Source of the DNA: an uncultured Alphaproteobacteria bacterium
Lineage (GTDB): Bacteria; Pseudomonadota; Alphaproteobacteria; Sphingomonadales; Sphingomonadaceae
DNA length: 64,000 nucleotides
Direction of reading: 5' to 3'
Assembly: GCA_963763915.1 (NCBI GenBank)
Contig: CAVXQH010000005.1
Span: 87,694 to 151,693 of the forward strand
Shown: one piece after another, positions 11,758-19,992 of the stretch
Layout of the letters: every line of letters begins with the position of its first letter
Position numbering within the stretch: position 1 is the first letter of the stretch
The notes under the pieces: model-generated
Told to the model about the DNA's origin: nothing
The model's input: the letters and a program-made list of their open reading frames with translations, nothing else
The model's database searches: none
Translations under genes and position numbers: made by a program

Positions 11758-12972
11758 TCAGTTGGACTTTGCGGGAACAGCCGGAATTGCTGTCTCGAGC
11801 TTGGCAGATGTCGCAGGTTTCGCGGTTGCATTAGCATCCTGCCCCGCAAATACAGGTGCTTTCACAGGTGGCACGCCCGGCATCACCCGAACTTTTGCTC
11901 CGGTGCGTAGTCGCTCAACGCCAGAAACCACGATCTGGTCACCAATTTTGATACCGCCTTTAACCAGCACAAATTCGTTCTGAACAGCACCAACCACTAC
12001 GCTGCGTGTCTCTACGGCGCCCGTGATTCTGTCATAAACATAGACCAAGGCTTCACCGCTGCGTACACCGACAAGCGCGCTGGCTGGTATCTGAAGACTG
12101 CCATCGTCCACAGCAGGCATCTTAATCTGCACACTACCAATTTGGCCAGACTTCAGGCCTTTCTTACCTGCCACGCTGAATTGCACCGTGAACGCGCCGG
12201 TGGTTTCATTGGCGCGGCCGTCAATTTCGGAGATGCTGGCGGCTATCGGATCGCTACCGAGCGCCTCGATCAGAATAGTCGCGGGCATGCCCGTGCGTAG
12301 CTTTGACGCGTCCTTGTCTATAACCGGCGCGCGAAAGACAAAACCTTCCGCGTCCTGACCGATAATGAGCGCAGGCGATCCAGCAGCAACCACTTGGCCG
12401 GCTTGAACGAAGCGACTTAGCACCACGCCGCTCGAAGGCGCAAAAAGCTTCGCCGTCTTGGTCGTAAAGCCGGTTTGCCGAACGCGGGCATTTGCAACTT
12501 TAACCGCGGCTTCGGCTGCTTCATAGCGGCCTTTGGTGACCCAGCCTTGTTCGTAAAGCGAGCGCATCCTCTCAAACTCGGACTGCGCGCGAACGCGCTC
12601 CGCATCGGACACGCTATAGTCGGCAACAACCGGGGTTGTATCAAGTGCGGCGAGCAAAGCACCCCGCCTTACATAATCGCCCTCTTCAAACGAAACCCTC
12701 GCAACCTTGCCCGACGTTGTAAAGCCAAGCGGCGTTTCGCGGCGGTAACGAACCGTACCCACTGCGTTCAGAGTGCGTTGCAAATTCGCGGCCTGCACGG
12801 TCATCACTTGCACTGGGATGAGCTCTTCAACCTGCGCCGGTTTGACGAGCGGATCGTCCTTCTTCTTGTCGCATGCGGCAAGCGCCAGCGTCACAGCGGA
12901 TAATGCTGAAATGAGCAATAGGTTTGAACGGTGAGTCATATGCCTCCCTGACGGCAGAACAACCTTGAACAT
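11758..12972 (-). CDS. RND efflux periplasmic adaptor (lipoprotein MFP)
   Basis: Lipobox LAAC, lipoyl-like GKVARVSFEEGDYVRRG, and LFAPSSGVV. Immediately upstream of the RND permease. Confidence 0.93.
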   Translation of the reverse strand: MFKVVLPSGRHMTHRSNLLLISALSAVTLALAACDKKKDDPLVKPAQVEELIPVQVMTVQAANLQRTLNAVGTVRYRRETPLGFTTSGKVARVSFEEGDYVRRGALLAALDTTPVVADYSVSDAERVRAQSEFERMRSLYEQGWVTKGRYEAAEAAVKVANARVRQTGFTTKTAKLFAPSSGVVLSRFVQAGQVVAAGSPALIIGQDAEGFVFRAPVIDKDASKLRTGMPATILIEALGSDPIAASISEIDGRANETTGAFTVQFSVAGKKGLKSGQIGSVQIKMPAVDDGSLQIPASALVGVRSGEALVYVYDRITGAVETRSVVVGAVQNEFVLVKGGIKIGDQIVVSGVERLRTGAKVRVMPGVPPVKAPVFAGQDANATAKPATSAKLETAIPAVPAKSN

Positions 12973-13103
12973 CCACTGATTAGAATGATTTCAACACGAA
13001 GGGAACCGGTTCAATTGCTTTATGCAACTTTTTTCGGGCGAAAATTCCTCATCAAAGTTTCACTCGGCTATTTGACCCCAACGAGTGCTTGGCAGCACGA
13101 AAA

Positions 13104-13616
13104 ATGTACCGAAAGAGACAGCGTAATTCTGTTGTAAGGATAATCGCTTTCTTCGCTTTTCTGTGCCTATCCGCCTGCAACAAGCAGCCTGCGACCAACT
13201 CTTTGCCTGATGGTGAACCCGCAAAAGACCAAAGTGCGACGAGCGATCAAAAATGGCCCATCAGTTTGCGGGTTATCGGGAACGGCTTTCCCCGCCCCGG
13301 TAGTCCTTGCCGCATCATATTAGAAAGTGCCGCCACTAGTAACTATCTCGATCTCGATGACAGTGCCAATTTAGTGGGCTGTTTTGCTGCGGAAGATGCT
13401 GTCATGTTTGGCAGATGCCAATCGGGTGCGGGATTGCTTCAAACGAGATCCCAAGCGAATGTGATGAACGGAATGCCCAAGAGCATAATCATTCGATATT
13501 GTTGGATGGATCGAGCCGGACGACCCAAGTCGGATAGCCCTCGGGGGACATTTCGATATCATGGCTTGGCACCAGATCCTCGCCAGTCTCTATCCATCCG
13601 CGTCCTTCGCATTTGA
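13104..13616 (+). CDS. Hypothetical lipoprotein, 3' end probably degraded
   Basis: Lipobox LSAC and a GFPxPGSPCR..ESAAT.NYLDxDDSANLVGC segment. The ORF runs 128 nt into the convergent gene, so the true end is uncertain. Confidence 0.45.
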   Translation: MYRKRQRNSVVRIIAFFAFLCLSACNKQPATNSLPDGEPAKDQSATSDQKWPISLRVIGNGFPRPGSPCRIILESAATSNYLDLDDSANLVGCFAAEDAVMFGRCQSGAGLLQTRSQANVMNGMPKSIIIRYCWMDRAGRPKSDSPRGTFRYHGLAPDPRQSLSIRVLRI

Positions 13617-13797
13617 CGCAGCATGCCCGTTTAGAACGCTGGCTGACCAGATCAATTTCGCAGTTCCACTGGCCGTGCCCAATGCAAACCGGACACATTT
13701 CATCAAGGTCGCCTCGGCGTTGCTGAACTGGAATGCCGTGCAACGCGTGCGGGTCTTGCGGCCCCTCACACGTTACGATGCGCTTTTCATGTGCCAA
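13489..13797 (-). CDS. Small Cys-rich hypothetical protein (CPVC...CVKC putative metal-binding)
   Basis: 102 aa with a TTG start, CPVCxGHG and CxxCxGRG motifs resembling a zinc-finger repeat, and protein-like composition. Confidence 0.7.
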   Translation of the reverse strand: MAHEKRIVTCEGPQDPHALHGIPVQQRRGDLDEMCPVCIGHGQWNCEIDLVSQRSKRACCVKCEGRGWIETGEDLVPSHDIEMSPEGYPTWVVRLDPSNNIE

Positions 13798-13937
13798 AAA
13801 ACTGCCCTATTCCGTTGCTGCTATTGATAGGCTGCAATACGTCTTGCTCGACAGCATTGCAACGTACGCTCGTGCCCCAAGACCTACATAGTTCGAGGTT
13901 TACATGCCTGCTTTTCCTGCATAGTCGCATCGCACGT

Positions 13938-13963
13938 GTAACATTCGGTTGAAAAGGCCCGTC
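13938..13963 (+). promoter_or_regulatory. Putative ECF (SigF/ECF16-type) promoter
   Basis: GTAACA-N16-CGTC with the same -35 hexamer and spacing as the site upstream of the DUF2282 gene. It ends 5 nt before the ATG at 13969. Confidence 0.55.
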
Positions 13964-13968
13964 TAAAA

Positions 13969-14481
13969 ATGAGCAAATTGTCGTCGAAAATCGTGTCGCG
14001 CCTTAGCGGCTATTGGAAGATGGAAGCCGCAAATGTTTTACTAGTTCCGCTGCTAGGTGCGTTTCTTGTGCTGCAAGCGGATGATACGATTAGCCTTTTT
14101 GTTATCGCAACAATGGTGGCAACCAGCGCTCTTTTGGTGATTGGTGCTGTTGGCTGGCGGATGGAACTAGCGCGGCTGCAGGGCGATAAGCCTCTGGCGG
14201 AAAAGCTCATGCGCTGGCTAGCTCCATCGCAAAGCCCTGCGCTTATCATCACCATTATAGGCGTTTTCGCAGCGATGATCGAATTTTGGAGAGATGGCAG
14301 CTTCACACCGTCGGCCATTGCCGCATTGGTATACGGCATTCTCGCGGTTCTTGAATATGTGAACTATTATGTGGCGCAACTACAGCATTTCGATCACGCT
14401 GCTGACTTCAAGCGCTTGTTAACCGGAAAAGGTTTTCGTCGTCCGCATCTGGCCAAAGCAATCGCAAAATGGCGTGGCTGA
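13969..14481 (+). CDS. Hypothetical membrane protein
   Basis: 170 aa with about 4 hydrophobic helices and a conserved-looking LEYVNYY..QL.HFDH motif. Confidence 0.8.
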   Translation: MSKLSSKIVSRLSGYWKMEAANVLLVPLLGAFLVLQADDTISLFVIATMVATSALLVIGAVGWRMELARLQGDKPLAEKLMRWLAPSQSPALIITIIGVFAAMIEFWRDGSFTPSAIAALVYGILAVLEYVNYYVAQLQHFDHAADFKRLLTGKGFRRPHLAKAIAKWRG

Positions 14482-14546
14482 TCTAATCGCTTTCTCAAAC
14501 CCGAAAACATGGGATATAAAGCGCCTGTCAAACAAAGGGCACTGCA

Positions 14547-15719
14547 ATGACCGTCATGATAGCTACCGCTGAAAATGGCATCGAGATCCGGTATAGCGAC
14601 GCGAAGCGCTGGCTGTATCTCTGGTCGCTCTTCGTACCGGCAGTCCCGCTAATTTCGGTGGCGCTCTATTTCACCAGTCTCGGCGTTTGGGCGACATTGA
14701 TCCCCGTTCTGTTTGTCTATGTTTGCGTGCCTTTGCTCGACACGATTTTCGGTGAAGATACACATAATCCCCCCGCCGAAGTCGTTCCGCAACTGGTTTC
14801 GGACCGTCACTATCAGTGGATGGTTCGCAGCGCGGTTCCCATCGTCTGGGCAAGTTTTATTGCGATGTTCGTCTTGATTGGAACGCAGGCCCTGCCCGTC
14901 TGGTCAATTTCACTGCTTATCTTGGGCGGCGCATCGATCAGCGGCAATTGTCTTACGATCGGCCATGAACTGGGTCACAAGCAGGATAAGATTGATCGTC
15001 GCTTGGCGATGTGGTGCAACGCTGCCGTCGGCTATGGCCATTTTCGCGTCGAACATAATCGCGGCCATCATATCTGGGTCTCCACTCCAGAAGACCCGGC
15101 GAGCGCAAAAATGGGGGAGAGCGTTTACCGTTTTGCCATGCGCGAATTACCCGGCACATTGGTGCGCGGATGGCAAGACGAAGCAGCACGGCTGACCAAG
15201 GCGGGCAAGAACCGCTGGTCAAGCGAAAACGAGATATTGCAGGGCTATGCGATTACAGCAGGCGCGGCGATAATCCTGTGCATGGCCTTTGGCTGGTACC
15301 TGTTGCCACTTATTTTGGCGCATCATTTCATCGGCTATTATATGCTGACCATGACCAATTATATCGAGCATTACGGACTGCTGCGGCAGAAGAAAGCAAA
15401 TGGCCAATATGAGCCGTGTCGTCCGCACCACAGCTGGAACACCAACCATATAGTATCCAACTTAATGACGTTCCAGTTGCAAAGGCATTCGGACCACCAC
15501 ACCAATCCTATGCGTCCGTACCAAGCGCTGCGTGACTTTCCTGACCTGCCGCGTTTGCCGAGCGGCTATCCCGGAATGTACTTGCTCGCGGCAATCCCGC
15601 CGGTTTTCTACCGCGTGATGGACCCCAAGGTTTTGGCATGGGCAGGTGGCGATCTGAGCAAGACCAACATTGCCCCTTATGCCCGTCGACGATTGGAAAA
15701 GCGCTGGCCCCAGCCTTAG
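14547..15719 (+). CDS. alkB: Alkane 1-monooxygenase (membrane non-heme diiron)
   Basis: All AlkB His boxes are present (HELGHK, EHNRGHH, NYIEHYG, LQRHSDHH), with N-terminal TM helices. Confidence 0.93.
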   Translation: MTVMIATAENGIEIRYSDAKRWLYLWSLFVPAVPLISVALYFTSLGVWATLIPVLFVYVCVPLLDTIFGEDTHNPPAEVVPQLVSDRHYQWMVRSAVPIVWASFIAMFVLIGTQALPVWSISLLILGGASISGNCLTIGHELGHKQDKIDRRLAMWCNAAVGYGHFRVEHNRGHHIWVSTPEDPASAKMGESVYRFAMRELPGTLVRGWQDEAARLTKAGKNRWSSENEILQGYAITAGAAIILCMAFGWYLLPLILAHHFIGYYMLTMTNYIEHYGLLRQKKANGQYEPCRPHHSWNTNHIVSNLMTFQLQRHSDHHTNPMRPYQALRDFPDLPRLPSGYPGMYLLAAIPPVFYRVMDPKVLAWAGGDLSKTNIAPYARRRLEKRWPQP

Positions 15720-15736
15720 GAACCGTGCGCGCTAGC

Positions 15737-16150
15737 TTACCAAATCTCCACTGTAGGTTCGAACTTACCATCCTTGCCACTATGGCTGGCCTTCATCACG
15801 ATCCGCGCAGGCACTACGCTTTTTCCCTTATATTCTGGCTCAACAGTCAGCTTGTCGATCAATCCGTCCTCGAAAAGCTTTATCAACGTGCCCGTTGTCA
15901 GGTCTTTGGCGTCCGCCGCAGCCTCGGGCACATAAACGATGTTATGCGCCGCATCCTCACCGCCAAATTCGCCCGGAAATAGCAGTATTTTGACGAGCTT
16001 GCCCTGCGCAGCCAGTCGCTCTGCCTGTGCCCGGGAGGTCACATTGCTATAATCGAGTGTCACGTTCGCCTCCGCCAATGTGGGTGCCGCCGGGATTGTT
16101 AGATTGAGCGATAGGCATGCAAACGCAAGCGCCATTCGGTATTTGGTCAT
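15737..16150 (-). CDS. Exported hypothetical protein
   Basis: Signal peptide ending TLA-E, 137 aa, ending in IW. Convergent with alkB. Confidence 0.75.
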   Translation of the reverse strand: MTKYRMALAFACLSLNLTIPAAPTLAEANVTLDYSNVTSRAQAERLAAQGKLVKILLFPGEFGGEDAAHNIVYVPEAAADAKDLTTGTLIKLFEDGLIDKLTVEPEYKGKSVVPARIVMKASHSGKDGKFEPTVEIW

Positions 16151-16458
16151 TATCTTGCCCTCTGCTTGTGAGCTTATTTGTGAGGTCCCCGTCGCTATTA
16201 TAACGCCGCCATCGGCTTACGCCAGAGAGCAATCGGCACTCTGCAAAAGGAGCGACATTGGGATGCATGGAGCGGCCATTCCAGGGGAAACGTGCCAGTT
16301 CTTATCACTGGTCCTGCAACTGCCGCTTCCTGAGCAGCAAATAGCCCGCGAAGCCCACAGCGACGCCGGGGTTGTTGCACCAGCACCGTAATTCCTAACC
16401 GAAACACAAAGCCGAAAAGGTCGAGACAACCGCAAACTGAACTGCTAGGCGCGCGGCC

Positions 16459-16773
16459 ATGACACCAGAACCCAATAACTGCGCCACTATGGCCGAAGTC
16501 CGCGCCGGGGTGGACGAGATCGACGCTCAGATTGTGACGCTGCTCGCGCGCCGCTTTCGCTATATGGATGCCGCTGCCCGGATCAAAACATCGCGCGAAA
16601 CGGTACGCGATGAGGAGCGCAAGGCCGAAGTGATCGGCAACACAAAACGGGCGGCACGTGAACTGGGTGTCCCGGAACCGCTTGTGGCCGCGCTTTGGGA
16701 AATGCTCGTCGAATATTCGATCGCCTATGAGCATGTGAAATTCGATCAGGGACACGGCAAGATCAACGCCTAA
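16459..16773 (+). CDS. Chorismate mutase (AroQ/PchB type)
   Basis: MAEVRAGVDEIDAQIVTLLARR...AARIK...VRDEER pattern. Confidence 0.9.
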   Translation: MTPEPNNCATMAEVRAGVDEIDAQIVTLLARRFRYMDAAARIKTSRETVRDEERKAEVIGNTKRAARELGVPEPLVAALWEMLVEYSIAYEHVKFDQGHGKINA

Positions 16774-16944
16774 GCGAAGGTTCCGCAAATCGATGAGAGT
16801 GGCGCAGTGCGCAGGCGGTTTCTTGGTGGAAAAACTGTAGCGGAGGCGCGGTGTTCGATTTGGGGTGAAATCGGGTGGCGGTGGCACAGGAATCGCAATT
16901 GCGGCGTTGACCATTTATTGACTGTCGCGTGGCATAACGCGGCT

Positions 16945-17583
16945 ATGCCGCCGGAAATTCTTGCGCTGATGGATAAACCATGGCTGCTCATCGCTGTGCT
17001 GGCGGTGGGTGCGGTTTTGGGAATCGCGGTGGAGCGATTGGTCGAGGGGCAGAAGCGCGCTGAGCGGCGCGCGTATTGGGCGGGGCGTAATTCGGGCAAG
17101 AAGGGCGGCAAGGTTGTGCCGCTTGGCAAGGTCGTGCCCGTCGAGACAGCCAAAGCCATCTGCAGCGCCACCGATCAGCTCGCAACCGTGATGGCCGCCG
17201 ATTTCAGCGCGCGGGCCCTGCTCAACCGGCCAGAGGCCAATCTGTTCAAGGCGCTTGATGCTGCCGTCATTTCACGCAACCCCGGCTGGCAAGTGATGGC
17301 GCAAGTGTCATTGGGCGAGTTTCTCGCCAGCCCCGAAAAGGATGCCTATTGGGCGATCAATGCAAAGCGAGCCGACTTCGCGTTGATGGACGCGCAAGCC
17401 CGCATTGCTCACGTGATCGAATATCAGGGCAGTGGCCATCATCAAGGCACGGCTGCAGCAAGGGACGCGGTAAAGAAGGAAGCGCTGCGCAAGGCAGGCA
17501 TCGGCTATCACGAAGTTGTCGCCGGACATACGACCGCAGGAGAGCTGCGACGGCTGGTGGAGAAACTGGTGCCGGAAGGCTAA
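16945..17583 (+). CDS. DUF2726 domain protein (membrane-anchored, PD-(D/E)xK-like)
   Basis: N-terminal TM helix, LLNRPEA, AQVSLGEFL, KRADF..IEYQGSGH and RDAVKKEALRKAGI. ATG chosen at 16945. Confidence 0.85.
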   Translation: MPPEILALMDKPWLLIAVLAVGAVLGIAVERLVEGQKRAERRAYWAGRNSGKKGGKVVPLGKVVPVETAKAICSATDQLATVMAADFSARALLNRPEANLFKALDAAVISRNPGWQVMAQVSLGEFLASPEKDAYWAINAKRADFALMDAQARIAHVIEYQGSGHHQGTAAARDAVKKEALRKAGIGYHEVVAGHTTAGELRRLVEKLVPEG

Positions 17584-17608
17584 ATTGGTATAAAGCCCCG
17601 AATTGAAA

Positions 17609-18118
17609 ATGACTGACCGCAACCCCGATCCCCTGCCCCATAAATCGCCTGCCCCATCGCCGCGCACCCCATCGCCGCGCATATTGGTCGATGCCGATGC
17701 GTGCCCGGTGAAGGACGAAATTTACAAGGTCGCCTGGCGCCGTGGTGTGCCCGTGGTGCTGGTCAGCAATGCGCGCTTTCGTATGCCCGATCATCCGCTG
17801 ATAACGCGGCATATCGTGTCGGACAGCTTCGACGCCGCCGATGACTGGATCGCGGGGGAAGCGGGGCCACGCAGCGTAGTGATCACCGCCGATATATTGC
17901 TTGCGGACCGGTGCCTGAAGGCAGGAGCCGTGGTCATCGGCAACAATGGCAAGCCGTTCACGAGCGCCTCCATCGGCGGCGCCATCGCCACCCGAGCCAT
18001 CATGGCCGACCTGCGCGCCGGGATGGACGGGATTACGGGAGGGCCAGCGCCGTTTGCCAAAGCTGACCGGTCACGGTTTTTGCAGGCGCTGGATGAAGCG
18101 TTGGTGAGGTTGGGGTGA
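17609..18118 (+). CDS. YaiI/YqxD (UPF0178) family protein
   Basis: ILVDADACPVKDEI, DAADDWI and VITADILLA motifs. Confidence 0.93.
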   Translation: MTDRNPDPLPHKSPAPSPRTPSPRILVDADACPVKDEIYKVAWRRGVPVVLVSNARFRMPDHPLITRHIVSDSFDAADDWIAGEAGPRSVVITADILLADRCLKAGAVVIGNNGKPFTSASIGGAIATRAIMADLRAGMDGITGGPAPFAKADRSRFLQALDEALVRLG

Positions 18119-18164
18119 GGGGACGGTTAACTTTAAAGCATGATGACATTAAGTTAAACCGCAG

Positions 18165-18223
18165 CCCTGAGCCTGTCGAAGGGCGTTTCGCAGTGCCGAG
18201 AACCGTGCTTCGACAAGCTCAGC
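18165..18223. repeat. REP-like palindromic element
   Basis: CTGAGCCTGTCGAAG (18167-18181) pairs with CTTCGACAAGCTCAG (18208-18222) with one G-U mismatch. It lies between convergent genes. Confidence 0.7.
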
Positions 18224-18262
18224 ACTAACGGTGTAATTCAACCGAATGTCATCTAGCTTTGA

Positions 18263-19351
18263 TTACGCCGCCCGTCCGCCTGTGAACAACGCCATCAGCG
18301 GCGCATTGACGAAATAAATGTTCCGCCCCGCCTGCTGCTTTTCCAGCAATCCGCCTGCGACCAACTGTTCAAGATACCGTGCCGCCGTCTGCCGTGTGAC
18401 GCCCAGATCGCGCTGGACGAACTCAATCCTTGTATACGGATGACGGAACAGGTTGTTGAGCAAATCCTGCGAATAGAGCTTGGGATGGTCGGTGCGCAAC
18501 CTTTGCTTGGTTTCGGCCATCAGCGCGGTAATCGCATCGATCAGGTCAAGCGTCGTCCGTGCCGTCTCCCCCACGCCTCGGATCATATAGAGCAGCCACG
18601 GCTCCCACTCGCCCGTTTCGCCGACTTGGCGCAGCAGCCGGTAATAATCGGGCTTACTCGCGGTGATAAAGCGGCTGAGATAGAGGATCGGGAAATCGAG
18701 CAGCCCCTCTTTGGTCAGATACAGCACATTGATGATCCGCCCGATCCGGCCATTGCCGTCGGGAAAGGGGTGGATGCTTTCAAACTGGTGATGGATGATC
18801 GCCATCCGTACCAGCGGGTCAAGCGTGCTGGCATCGTCGTTGATAAAGGCTTCGAGCGCGGTCATGTGGCGGATGATGTCATCGCCGTGCTGCGGCGGTA
18901 CAAAGACAATCTCGCCGCTCTGCTCGTTGCGAAGCGCGGTTCCGGGCGTGTTGCGAAAGCCCGCGGTGCTGCGCTTCAGCGTCTGAAACATGGCGATGAT
19001 GTTGTTGTTGATCAGCAAACCATGCTGCTCCCGCATTCGCTCAAACCCACCGAGCAAGGCCTTCGCATAAAGTGCGACTTCCTTGGCGGCGGGCGATCCT
19101 TGCGCGTCGGGAAACAGGCTCGCCTGAAACATCTCGTCCTGCGTGGTGACAATATTCTCGATTTCAGAACTTGCCTTGGCCTCTTGCAGCGAAAGTGTGT
19201 CGATGAGGATACCGGGATTGGGCATAGCAGCAGCGCGGCCCTTGAGTTCGGCCAGATACCGATGCGCACGCGCAGCCTCTTTAAGCAAGGCAATCGTTTC
19301 AGTCGCGCCGGGCGGCGGCAGGGCGGGGATTTGGTATGTCTCTTTTAACAT
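18263..19351 (-). CDS. Fic family protein with N-terminal inhibitory helix and C-terminal HTH (SoFic-like)
   Basis: Intact Fic motif HPFPDGNGRIGR, (S/T)xxxE(G/N) motif SSEIEN, and a C-terminal GVTRQTAARYLEQL HTH. Confidence 0.93.
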   Translation of the reverse strand: MLKETYQIPALPPPGATETIALLKEAARAHRYLAELKGRAAAMPNPGILIDTLSLQEAKASSEIENIVTTQDEMFQASLFPDAQGSPAAKEVALYAKALLGGFERMREQHGLLINNNIIAMFQTLKRSTAGFRNTPGTALRNEQSGEIVFVPPQHGDDIIRHMTALEAFINDDASTLDPLVRMAIIHHQFESIHPFPDGNGRIGRIINVLYLTKEGLLDFPILYLSRFITASKPDYYRLLRQVGETGEWEPWLLYMIRGVGETARTTLDLIDAITALMAETKQRLRTDHPKLYSQDLLNNLFRHPYTRIEFVQRDLGVTRQTAARYLEQLVAGGLLEKQQAGRNIYFVNAPLMALFTGGRAA

Positions 19352-19499
19352 ATCGGTTCGATCATGTTCGATAATTGGGATTTTTCGAACATATCATGGA
19401 TATATGTTAAGGAAAGCGGAATTTTTTAACAGTGAGCGGTGGTGGCGTGGCTTAGGGGTTATCGCACCTGTCACCGTAATTGTAGTGTCCCCGGAATTC

Positions 19500-19860
19500 T
19501 TAATAATCAATAAGCAGATGAGCCTGTTGAGCCAGCACCTCCGAGTCAGCTTTTTCCATAATCATTCGCGCATCCGATTCTCGATGAGCTATGATCGCCT
19601 TTGCAATGTCTCCAGACACCATTCGCACCGACACATCGAACGTTGTGTCTGCAGAGTCAAAAATAACGCGACGAACTGCCATTCAATCGTGAAATCCTGC
19701 CTACAGCACGTGCTTTCACTAAGGGGCAGATTTTTGATACCAAATCCGCGTACACTGTTCCAACCTGCACGTGCTTAGCCTCGTGCCTGCGAAGCGCTTC
19801 AACCAAGAACAACAAAATTTCGTCATTTGACGCTGTTTCCGCCGCGTGCGCTTTAGTCAC
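19500..19860 (-). CDS. Hypothetical gene(s): two short ORFs (19657-19860 and 19500-19682), possibly one frameshifted gene
   Basis: The GTG at 19860 has a strong RBS (GAGGGAG). The two ORFs are offset by +1 nt. No recognisable family. Confidence 0.45.
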
Positions 19861-19992
19861 AAGCCTTCTCCCTCACATCGAAATTAACATGCAAGCGCGA
19901 CGATAACGAAAGCTGGACATAGCACATTTTCATCACGCTTCGAACCTCAAATTATACATTATCCACAATATACCATTAGCAACCATTCATGG

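Noticed and set aside
16198-16914. 238-aa minus ORF and the 72-aa Cys-containing ORF at 16217-16435 as a RiPP precursor
   Set aside because: The long ORF is antisense to chorismate mutase. The short one has no RBS, leader motif or modifying enzymes nearby.
18440-19348. 302-aa plus-strand ORF
   Set aside because: It is the antisense shadow of the GC-rich fic gene, with no motifs.
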